Assembly (NCBI GenBank): GCA_013239625.1
Contig: MU053881.1
Coordinates: forward strand, 8,083,957 to 8,147,956
DNA length: 64,000 bases
Source of the DNA: Lama guanicoe
Taxonomy: Eukaryota
Reading direction: 5' to 3'
Positions 53,227-64,000 of this stretch are shown in pieces. The notes under the pieces are model-generated. The model did no database searches. It saw nothing but the letters and a program-made list of their open reading frames with translations, and had not been told where the DNA came from. Both the position numbers and the translations under genes were made by a program. Each line of letters opens with the position of its first letter. Within the stretch, counting starts at the first letter, position 1.

Positions 53227-56200
53227 CAGAACCCTCTGCATGCATTACTTTCTGGATCCCAATTATTCACTTCTATCAGCTCTGCAGATGACTTCCACAA
53301 AGTCAGCTGGGTAGGAAAATCGCTCCCATGTCTGGACCCATCCCTTCTCCATACAGAAGCTGAAGATGCAGCAGGCGGTCAGGGAAGCAAGGCTGTTAAC
53401 CCCACAGAAGCTGAGCCTGGCGTCTGCATAAAGAGAAAGAAAAAGAGCTGAGCCCGCGCAACTCTTTCCGAATGCTGCACAGCGGGGTCTGGTTGCAACG
53501 TCCATCAGAGTTTGACCAGATGTCCTGTCTTTATGCAGATCTGGAGCGATCTGGGCATCTGCAACCCCTTCCATGGGCTTCTGGAAAACTGTTCCCGTTC
53601 CAGGAGTGCCATTTTAGAGCCAGCACCAGTGCATTTGGAATCAGAGAGTGAAACTGTAGGCTGGAAAGACCCTGGAGGTCAGCTGGTCCCACCACTTCAT
53701 TTTAAGAGAAAGAAACTCCCCTAGAAAGGCTGTGACTTGCCCACGGTCGTAGGAAAATGTCGTGGAAGAGCCAGGCCAGAAAATGGGTCTGTTTGACTCT
53801 CAATCCAATGCTGCATATTGCCACCTACCCTTTCCCTTTACCAGCAGACAGGAAACAAAAATTAGCGAAGCCAGCCTCTGTGTCCTGTCCCTCGGAGCAT
53901 CATCCCTTAATCTCCAGCATTTTGCCAGAGGGAACATTTTTACATTCGCAATGGGGACCACAGCCTCCCTTTCTAGGATCTTCCAATCCTGCAGCCTCTG
54001 CATGAGGGAGTGCCCCAACAGGAGGCTGTCAGGGGAAGAGATCAAATTCTGCATCATTGATCCCAGCTGCCAGGGGTGACTAGAGGCCCAGTGAGTAAGT
54101 GCCAGGGACCCCTGCCCATCTTTGAGCCCAAATAGCTGAAGGTGTCAATGTTCCCCAGATCCCTGAGAGCGTCCTGTCCCCCCCTCCCGCCCCCCACTTA
54201 CAAATACCAGTGGGCAAAAACAAGGTCTCTCTGACCTCTCCGCCCAAGAGCACAGCCTCCTTCCTGCAAAGAGTTTCTTTTCAGTTTTTTTTTGCTGACA
54301 GCTCTGAAGTGGCTTAGTTTTTAACAGTACACAAGAAAACTTCCATGTTTAGCCGCAGAGCTGGTGAGTAGTGTGCAGACACCAGACAAGAGTGCACATA
54401 CCTGGCAGAACACAGTTTTTCCCTAGAAACAGACACTTCTTCAGGGCTCTTTGTCCCTGAGTAATGACATTGGGGGCGGGGTGGAGAGCATTGACTAATT
54501 TTCAATGGTTTTTAAAGACAGTTCATTTGAATAGTCAGTTCTTGGGGTGCATCTCAGCCAGTAACTGCCCTGCAGGGGATACAGTATGGGGGCACGGTGT
54601 TAACCACATAGCACCACGGTGCCATTAAAGTACTTTAACTTACTTATTTCTGTATATCACATATCACATACGTGCTATATAGATGTTAAATATATATATT
54701 TGATTCAAATTGTTAAATTAGTCTGTTGGGTTCTGAGGCCCAAAACTGGCATCCACAAGCCAAATCCATCCCCGGGGTGTATTCCATTTGTGACTTTTGC
54801 TCCTTAAGGTGATTTAGTCAGCACTATCGAGGAACGAGGAGATGGCATAAAGAAAATTCTAGATGTCTGGCTTTCTCTTTAACCAAAGGAAAAAATTGTC
54901 GGCGCTGCACCTACATTCCAGCACAGCAACGGTCCTTTGAAAAGAGAAGTGATGGTTCCAGGCAGTTCAGTCAGTTTTTGTTAAGTGGTCCTAGGTGCCA
55001 AACACTGAGCTGGGCCCTGCCTGTACAACAACGGGGCACGAGAGAGAGGTGCTCTCTGCCCTCCTTAGCGCCCACATCAGTGGCTATTTAAGAACTTTCC
55101 CCTTCTTGCTCTCTTCCCGGCTCACCTGCAGCTCAGGTGGAATTGTCTGTCTGTCTCGCTCTCAGCTACAAACTGACCTGTTCAGTTCTGTAAGTTGGAA
55201 GTCATTCTTCCAACCCTCAGCCCACAACAGACATCTTGACACACTGGAACCTGCCTGGTTTCTAAATAATGTAGGAGACAAGATTGATCGTCCCGGCTCC
55301 CAGTTTATAGATGATGAAATAGAATCAGGAGACTGAGGGCCATCTCATTCATGTGGTCGTTTAAGGTACATTTCACAATTATTTTGGTCCTTGGGAGGCT
55401 GTTGAATCATTCTGAATCACCACTAGGCAGTATTTGTGATGATCTCAACAGATGAGTAAGGAGTTCTTCAGAATCCAGGGACCAAAAACAGTGGCGCATC
55501 ACGCATACTTACACCACCAGCATCTGACTGAGCAGTGGTGAGATCTAAAGATTCATCTTTCTCTCTTGCTCTTCCACTTCTTAACATTTATTTTGCGGCA
55601 TCTTTTTTTTTTTTTAAACACTGAGGCTCTGCCGAGTGGAAGGAGATGAGTTTCTTCCCGTCGTAGTATGAATATATAATGAAGAAAGAACCAAAGACAA
55701 GCCCTTTTGTTAAGGAATCCGTATCATCAAAGGCCCACATTGGCAGCTGACTGTTTTTATTTATTTCTGTGGGTTTTACATGACACCTGGAGACCGTTTA
55801 AAATGTTACTTGGCGGTGAGAGCCCTGTGTTTAAAAATAACGCTCACCCGGTGCCAAATCACTTTAGAGTCGGGTACAAATATTGAGACAAAAACCCCAG
55901 CTGTTACTGCTTTGGCTGCTAATTTGAGGTGTCAGATGAGAGCCCGACTGCTATACGTCAGTGAGTAAGGCCCCTTGTGAGGTCATTATGGTTTCTAACA
56001 GTTGAGAGTAATGGGCTAATCAGTGCAGCATCGGTTGTTTTCATTATATGCCCACACAATGGTTATGAGCTTTAATTTAAACGGTCCGCAGGGAGATCAA
56101 GGAACTCGGTGATACGCAGCACCCAGGATGGTCCAGGAGAGCAGGTGATGGGAGAGAGATGGCTTCCCACCCTCTTCTCGCTCCTCTCTCCCCCCGTCTC

Positions 56201-58589
56201 TCTCATTCCTCCTGCCCCATCTGCCCTCGGAGACTCATTGTCTGTCCCAAACAGGCAGAAGATGAGCTTTGCTTAAGGAGCAGATCTGGACTCTTGGTTC
56301 CTCCCAGATGTTCTGGAAAACCCCAGTCAGCCAGTCCGACAGTCCGGGTGGCTTTCGGCAACACTGAGACCTGTCAGCCAGGCCCGGACTTTGGAAGGCG
56401 TTGAGTTGTGATTGCCTTCCTTTCTGTGTAGCCTCTACCATCCCCTCCTCCCCGTGCTGAACTCTCTCTTCCTTGGACAGGAGGAGGGTCGGGCCAATGC
56501 TGTGGCTCTGAGCAGCCATGACAGCGAGGCCAACACAAAGGCCCCTGTCACATCGAAGCCAGGGAGGGCTGAGTCTGCCACTAACAGGTATGATTCACCT
56601 CCACCTCGGGACGGCAGGGAATCGGACAGCCGACGTCTGTCAAAGACAATCTCGTACGAGGCAGTTTTGTGTAATGATTAAAAACAGAGGGCCCGGTGTC
56701 CCACTTTCCTGGATTTGGATACTGGCTGTGCAGCTCCAGGGTCAGGTGATCAGGGCGGAGCTCACTGATCTTCCCGGGATCCGAACTGGAAATGACAAGA
56801 GTGTCTCAGGACCGTTGGGAGAATTAAATGAGATAATGCGTGCGCCCTGCAAAAACGTAATCGCCAGGATCAGTGCTGTGGTTGTTATTATCCGGACGTG
56901 TTTATTGGAGGATCTTGGCAAGCTCACCTCAGAGCAATATCCTTTACTGGTCCAGCTCGTTAGGGGAAGGCAAAGTTCATGAGAGAACCTATAACATTCA
57001 GTTTAGGTTTCTCGAAGGATGCATTATTGTACGTTATTCTTCCTGATTTCTGGAGTTTCCTAGAGCCTCCAGCCAAATCGGAGCAGTGCGGTAGAGCTGG
57101 ATGAGAAAGGCAAGTTCAGCCTTGATAGGAGAGAAGCACTCAGGGAGCTTCGCCCAAGCGGGGCTGAGGCAGCGCAGGTGGGGAGAGACCCCGGGCTGGG
57201 AGGGTGAGGCTAGGGGGTGCCCCTCTCAACCTCGGTAGCCCTGGTGGCATTCAGTGTGTTCTCTCCCAGGGCCAAATCCACAGAGATGCCACGTATACAC
57301 ATTGTAATGGGCCAAGTCAGCCAACAGCGTCCCCATTCCCAGGAGCTAGGCACGTGTGGAAGGATCTAGTATCATGGTACCTCGCACCATGATGACTGCC
57401 AGTCAGCAGCCACGAAGCAAGATCCACACAAGCCAGCCCTCTGTTAACACGCGAGCCAGAGAGGAGAGCGGGCACCCAGAGGGTCCGAAGTGGCCTCAGT
57501 TGCATTCGTCTCTCCCTGTCTGAGCCAGCAAGAGGGAGGGGCGGATGTGAGACCCTGCCCGCCCCTCCTGTTGAGGTCCACAGGCTATCAGAACCCCTCT
57601 GGGCTTTTCATCCCCCATGCCAGCCATGTAGTATTTCCCTCAGGGTCCAGCCACAGAGATTGCCCTCAGCTGCCCTTTAGGAAATGAAGCTGCCTACTCT
57701 GGTTGTGCCCGCCCCTGTGAATCACCCCTGTGAATTCAGTGCAGGCACTGTCGGATGTAGTTATATCTTCCGGGCTTAGAGTGCTGGCCATTGGGCTCCC
57801 ACATTTGTAAGGACAAGCCAAGGAATCTCCAGGCTCACTTAAAAAAGATATCCTACTGCCAGGGCTGCTGAGGACCCACCAAGAGTCTCCTTCCTGGAGA
57901 CCCTTAAGGAGGGAACCACCCTATTTATCTAGACTTAAGGAGAAGGCAGCCTGCCCCGGGGCAGGGGATGAACAGGCCAGTCTACCGAGAGGGTCCGTTT
58001 GACCCAAGGAGTCTGGACCCTCACCTGTGTGGTGGGGAAGAGGGGGGGTTCCAAGAGGACCCCAGGAGGCTTGGCACGCTGGGAGACTGCCGTGGCACTT
58101 ACTGTGGATGCCTGGTTTTGCAATTATGTGATCCATGCTCACAGATAATATCGCTGCATTAGAGCCAATTACATAGTGCTGTGGACACACAACACGCAGA
58201 TTGCACCCAGAGCCAGGAAAGCACAGAGTGATAAAGCGATGGCCTAATCGGAGGAGACAGGGAAATGTCAGCTTTATTAAGGTTGCCAGGGTGGCGGGGC
58301 TGCAGCTGGACTCGGCCCCTCCGGATCAGAGATGGCTGTCTTGAGTGACGCGAGGGAGGGCCACACGGTAGCACCCAGCGGAGGTCAGTAGGGAGCCGGG
58401 GGCAGAAGTCAAGTTGGACTTCTCCAAGAGTGACTGCGGCCACTCTACTGAGGGCTGTGTGCTGTTCCAGAGCTTCCTTGTGCCCTCCACACAAGGGGCC
58501 TGCGGTCCCAGCGGTGGCCAGGTGCTGCCCTGCACACTCAGGTTAAAGCCTGTTCTTAGCCTCTTCCCCTCGTTCACTGCTTCTCCAGC

Positions 58590-58745
58590 CTGGGCTTGCA
58601 TAAGAACCCTCTCCTGCGCTGAAACGCTGGGCCTACCCGAGTTTCTGATTCAGTAAGTCCGGGCGAGGTCTGAGAATCTGCACCTCTTAAGAAGTCCCCA
58701 GGTGAGGCTGCAGGTCTGGGGACCACCCTTTGAGAACCACTGCCC
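58590..58745. mobile_element. MER5A
   Basis: gagtttctgattcagtaagtccggg...gagaatctgca...gggaccaccctttgagaaccactg. Confidence 0.8.
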
Positions 58746-59104
58746 AGGCTCATTCCACGCCCACCCCAGGGTGGGCTCTCCTGCCCTGTCTCTGGAACAG
58801 AGCCTTCTGGGTTCTGATTCCATCACGGTATTGCAAGCTCCGGGAGCACTGGGACCCGGCTTCCCAGGTGGGAGTACGGGATGGGAGTGAGAAGTGCGGA
58901 TTCTAGACTCGGACTCCCTGCTCTCGACTCCCAGCCCTGCCACTGGCCGCTTGGGCTTCCCTGCCCATGTTTGGCTTAGTGTTTAAGTTCTGAAAGCCGC
59001 TCACCTAATCCCCTGTCCTTCCCGAGCAGCCATGCGACTCGCTCAGCATGTCACACTTCATCACCGGCAAAGGCTGGACCGGAACTGCCCAGTTCTAGAG
59101 CAGC

Positions 59105-59312
59105 CAGGAGGCAACAAACCGTGTTTATAAAAAGCCAGTTAGTAAATGCTTTAGGCTCTCAGGCCATATGATCTCTTTCGCAACCACTCAGCCACTGTAA
59201 CGTGGAAGCAGCCATAGACAGGATATGAACAAGTGGGTAAAACTGTATGTACAAGAACCAGGCTGCCCTGGATGGGATTTGGCCTGTGGGCAGCAGCTTG
59301 CCAGCTCCTGGA
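59105..59312. mobile_element. MER58A
   Basis: agccagttagtaaatgctttaggct..caggccatatgatctct...aagcagccatagaca...ggatttggcctgtgggc. Confidence 0.8.
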
Positions 59313-59741
59313 ACAGTCTGGTAGGCGCACCACTGCCTCCTGCCTACACTGTGACTGGGAGCCCTTGCCTTCCTGCGGCGCCCCAGTGTTTAGCTGAGGG
59401 ACACAGGGCAGCACAAACTTTTTCAGGGCACCAAGGTTCAATTTGTGCATTATAGGAGCAACAGTACGTGCACCATTCCCCCAGAGCCCTGGGAAACAAG
59501 TTTAATGCCCCCTTCCTAGTGCTCACAAGCAGGAGAGAATGGAATCCATTGTCCAAACGGATCTTTGTAATATGGAAAGTGACCCCTTTTCATTAGGCAT
59601 CTGTGCTCCAATTAATGACAGAACAGATGAGAGACTGGACAGAATACAGCTTAAACTTAGTCTCAGCATAAATGCAATCTGTATAACAGGGCAGGGGCTT
59701 TCTTTATAAGAGACAAATAGGAGGCAGATCCACTGACTGTC

Positions 59742-60200
59742 TTTTATTTTATTTATTTTTTTTTACATTTTTATTGATTCATAATCATTTTACAGTGTTG
59801 TGTCAAATTCCCGTGTTCAGTACAATTTTTCAGTCATACATGGACATATACACACTCATTGTCACATTTTTTTCTCTGTGATTTATCATAACATTTTGTG
59901 TATATTTCCCTGTGCTATACAGTGTAATCTTGTTTATCTGTTCTACAATTTTGAAATCCCAGTCTATCCCTTCCCACCCTCTACCCCGCCCCCCCCCCGG
60001 TAACCACAAGTCTGTATTCTCTGTCCATGAGTCTATTTCTGTCCTGCATTTATGCTTTGTTTTTGTTTGTTTGTTTGTTTTTGTTTTTTAGATTCCACAT
60101 ATGAGCGATCTCATATGGTATTTTTCTTTCTCTTTCTGGCTTACTTCACTTAGAATGACATTCTCTAGGAGCATCCATGTTGCTGCAAATGGCATTATGC
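59742..60200 (-). mobile_element. Relatively young 5'-truncated L1 3' end
   Basis: Poly-T tail, then ttccctgtgctatacagt...ggtaaccacaagtctgtattct...tttagattccacatatgagcgatctcatatggtattt...catccatgttgctgcaaatggcattat. Confidence 0.88.
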
Positions 60201-60979
60201 TAGTCTTTTAAATCCCCTGGTGGGAAATTGCCTCATTTCTAGTTCTTACTGAAATGCCAATTCAGTAGCTTGTCATGGTGCAAAAAAAGGGGAGACCAGA
60301 CAGTCCTGAAGTTTCATAGAATTAATGTGACCCTGAACTTGAGCTTGCAACCTGATGGAAAATGCTGAATTGAGAGCATTTACTTGGAGGAAAACCTCCA
60401 ATCTGGGTGCCTTGCAGTAAAGGGTGTCTTCTCACAGTATCTCCAAAGGAACAGAGCAGTGGGATTGAAGCTAGATTCTGGAACTAGCAAAACTCTTCCA
60501 GGAGGAGGGGGTAAGTGAGATTGATGAGGTCACTGTAGCGTAGGCTTGTCCAGCCTTCTGATGAGGGTCGGGGTGGGGCATTGCCAGACCAAACCATTTA
60601 TTTTTTTTTCCCGTCGGTTAATTTTCAAAGTTTATACAACAAGAGGAAAGAGGAGTCTGTGCAGTTAGCTCTAGCTTTGGGTCCCTGAGTGGGGATCACA
60701 GAGACTGTCTTTGCTGGGGTAACAGACTTGCCCTGAAAACAGGAGGCAGTGGGTGAGTGGGGGGGGGGATTGTGGTGCAAACAGAGAATTGTTGAGTCCT
60801 GAATCCTCCGGGGTCTGGTGTGCTACCCTGGGTAAGGCCCTTACCTCTTGTCGCCTCGAATTGCTCATCTATAAAATGGGGACAAGAGTTTCAACCTCAG
60901 AGTGCTTCAAGCACCGAAGAAGATGAGGATGAAAGTATATTGTAAACCATCAGTGTGCCTTCCGTGCCCTGTCTCACGG

Positions 60980-61345
60980 GCATGACGGTCCGCTGAACAG
61001 TGCCCCCCCACTGCCCCCCAAAAGGTGTCCGTGTCCTCATCCCAGGAACTTAGGAATATTACCTTATGTGGCAGGTGGAACTTGGTGAACCTAAGAAACC
61101 TGAGAAGAGGGGTTATCTCGGATTAGCCAGCGAGGCTCTAAATGTCATCACACAGGTCCTTTTAAGAGGGCGCAGGTCACAGTGAGCAGTAGAAGATATG
61201 CCCACAGATGAGGTTGTGGGGGATACAAACACAGTCCTGGGAACCCGTCTGAGACTTCTGACCTGCAGACTGTCTGAGAACAGATGTGTGTTGCTTTGCC
61301 ACCCAGAAAATGTGGTCATCTGTTACCGCAGCAACAGGCAGCTAA
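60980..61345 (+). mobile_element. MLT1C/D-like LTR with internal deletion
   Basis: aaaggtgtccgtgtcctcatcccaggaac..gaatattaccttatgtggca...gacttctgacctgcagactgt...tgtggtcatctgttaccgcagcaacagg. Confidence 0.75.
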
Positions 61346-62544
61346 GGGAGGCGTCCTTTCTGGAGTCAGGCTTGTTTGGATTCAAGCCCTGGGACCATCA
61401 TTTGCTTCACCCACGAAATGGAGGTGATGGAAAGGTGCCTGCCTCATTGGATGGTTGTAGGAATTGAATGTGATGGTGCAAGTGGAACCCTCCACCCAGT
61501 GCCTGCTTGGCGTACAATACACTCTCAGTCAATGTTGGCAATTATTAGTAGCATCTCATTTAATCGCCGTATCACTCTGTGAGATCGGTGCTGCTGTTTC
61601 CCCCGTGTTACATAGGAGGAAACCTAATAAGATTACTCCTGGTTGCATGGGCTGTAAGTGGCAGAGGCGGAATCTAAACCAGGTCTTTGCCTTTGAGGCC
61701 ATGAGCACCCGCTCTGCCCCACTGCATGGGGGTTAAGACAGAGACAGCCCCCTCGAATGCCAGCTCTATCTGGTTCTTGTGCGAACCAGATAGACCACAG
61801 TGCTCCCTGCATGGGCAGAAGCCACCAAGACTGGAAATCAAATCAATCTGTGTTTATTAAGGAAACAGAAACTGTAGCTGCCACGGAGATCGGCGTCCAA
61901 GAGATTACCAACCCTCTGACGTCCCTGGGCTGGCCAGCCCCACACAGCAGATCCTGAGAGTCTGAATACTGTGTTTAGCCATTTTGGTTCTGGAATAATT
62001 GCTATTATCGTAAATGTTTTATAGCCCTCATTACGGCTCACATTTAAATATCAGTGTAGTAATACATTAATAAGTCATCGCTGCCGGACTATTGCCGGAT
62101 ACAGTTACAATCCAAGCCCTGCACTGTATGTTCAGCTAAATTAGGGCTGGCTGTGAACTCAACCTGACGCTGAGTGGCTGGGCGTGTTTGGAAGACAGCC
62201 TCTTTTCTTCAGAGGCTTCTTGCTCTTTGCCTTTGAGAGATAAGGGGGACGCTTAAATTTTTGTGTGGTGGTGGTGAGTCAACAGCCCTAACTAACTAGG
62301 TACCCCCGAGTGTGGCGCTTGGAACTCTGGGGCGGATGGACGAGGAACCGAAGGCAGCGTTTCTGCCCTGAAGGCATTCCTAATCCACGGAGAGTGCGGT
62401 GGGGTGGGGTGGGCTGGTCCTCACTCCCAGGAAGCTCCCTGCCAAGGCAGGAGAGCCTGGTCTGATGGGAGTGACAGATTGTTCCTCTCTGTCTGATGAG
62501 CTATTCTGAACACTTCCTGGGTAGATGGAGATAGGATGGGTTCA

Positions 62545-62566
62545 CACACACGTGCACACAAAGACC

Positions 62567-62601
<35 letters not shown>

Positions 62602-62605
62602 AGAG
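62545..62605. repeat. (CA)n microsatellite followed by (GA)n
   Basis: Directly visible. Confidence 0.95.
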
Positions 62606-64000
62606 AAGATAAGCCACATGAAAGAAAACAGCTACATGGATTCAACTTCATAAAATGCCAAGTGTCTGAACTGGTGCATTAGTGGAGGTGCAGAGCGGGC
62701 AGAAGCCGGCAGCGTGAATTCGGTTCATTCCTCTTTATCGTGCCCTATGCCTAAAATAATGCCAGACACGTGGTACGTGCAGAATAAATATGGGGGGAAG
62801 AAGGAGGGGAAAGTACTAGATTCTGTGCCTTTGTGTAAATAGAGGACAGATGCCTTGAGGAATCGCATAGGGCAAGGGGCTGTGGTTCCCTGGAATTCTA
62901 CTGCGGGCTAGGGTCGTGGGGCGAGAGAGAATCTGATCTGTGCAGGGCCCCTTGAGGGGGTGGGGGGTGGGTATGGGGGCCGCTGTGTGCTGGACACAGC
63001 TATGTTCCTGTTCCCGTGGGGGTTGGGGTTAAGTGAGGGGAACAGGAATGACCACCACAGGACCGGGTTCTCTCCACTAATGTCAGTAAAATGGTAGCCT
63101 CGGCTTACAGAGCATTTCCTGCAGGCTAAGCCTCATACCAGCCCGTGAGTCGGGTGCCGCTACCTGCCTCCTTGAACCTGTGGGTGAGGGATGTTGGTGA
63201 TTTGCCTGAGACCACATGACTAGGGTAGGTAAGACCGAGTGTGAACCACGTATGGGCCAGGTCATGGGACTGTAGTCATGCACAAGACAGAAAATGCTAC
63301 AGGGCGTTTTAAGAGGAAGGTCGTGTGTTTACCAAGAGCCAAGGGCAGAAGAAGTCTGCTTAACCAGCTTCCAAAGAAAGGCTCTTTCCTGGGCCACTGG
63401 GAGCCCGTGATAGGGCAAGAGGAGTGGGACTGATGAGGAGGGAGGTGACCCCGAAGGAGCACAGGGGCGAGTGCCATCACGGAGGATCAGACCACAGGCT
63501 GTATCCCGCTCTTGCTCTTTGGGATGCAGAGTGAGGCAGGTGTGGGGCAGAGAGCTGAGAGCTGGGCTCAGCCTCACCACAATCGGTTGCCTCTGTCTGC
63601 GAAGTCACCGAACTAAGCGGCCCAGGAAAGCCCTCCTGCTCCGTAACATTTCCACCTCTGCAGATGGCTTTCTTGGCTGCCGCGCCTTCCCTGGGATTCT
63701 AGAAGGGTAAGCCCGGCGCTGTGTTTACCTACAGCCGGATTTCATTCTAGGGCAGACTTACTTCATTTTGGTCCTTTTACGGAGCTCCCACCCCTCTCTT
63801 CCCTTCTCCCTGTATGAAGATACCGGTCAGTCGCACTGGCGGAGTCCCCATCCTTGGTCACGGGGAGGCACAAGAGGAGGAGACTCCATCCCTGTCCTCG
63901 CCGAGCTCAGACTCACTTGAGATAAGATGTACTTGAAGAGTCAGAAGGTGCCTGGAAAATACTCATAAAATAACCTATCCACGTGGCATCCTGTATGAGG

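Noticed and set aside
1..64000. The remaining short six-frame ORFs
   Set aside because: No recognisable protein families. Many start at GTG/TTG or derive from repeats and microsatellites; this is expected intronic noise.
43573..64000. Next SLIT3 exon (TLNNNNISRI...) and the miR-218-2 hairpin
   Set aside because: Neither the AAC-rich exon nor TTGTGCTTGATCTAACCATGT was seen on reading. Both are expected downstream of the window.
1..64000. Prokaryotic-type systems (CRISPR arrays, operons, IS elements)
   Set aside because: The sequence is mammalian intronic DNA and no regularly spaced repeat-spacer array was seen.

Overview
Mammalian genomic DNA, probably camelid (inferred from a tRNA-derived SINE resembling the camel/alpaca type), from inside the SLIT3 gene on the + strand. 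Only two coding exons are supported. Both are 72-bp leucine-rich-repeat exons: 7933-8004 ([24 protein letters not shown]) and 43501-43572 ([24 protein letters not shown]). By comparison with human SLIT3 from memory they are exons 5 and 6, separated by a 35,496-bp phase-2 intron. The rest is intronic: MIR, L2, L1, MLT/ERVL and MER relics, microsatellites, a 10-N gap and several repeat-free blocks dense in homeodomain motifs. The most notable element is the TAAT-rich block plus CpG island just upstream of exon 6, where an internal motor-neuron promoter for pri-miR-218-2 has been described in mouse. Other oddities are a ~330-bp local duplication carrying a MER3 end, a nested L1 with its TSD and a MITE-derived hairpin. 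I see no convincing novel system, and the other ORFs in the track look like noise. Repeat family calls are by eye and need RepeatMasker/Dfam.
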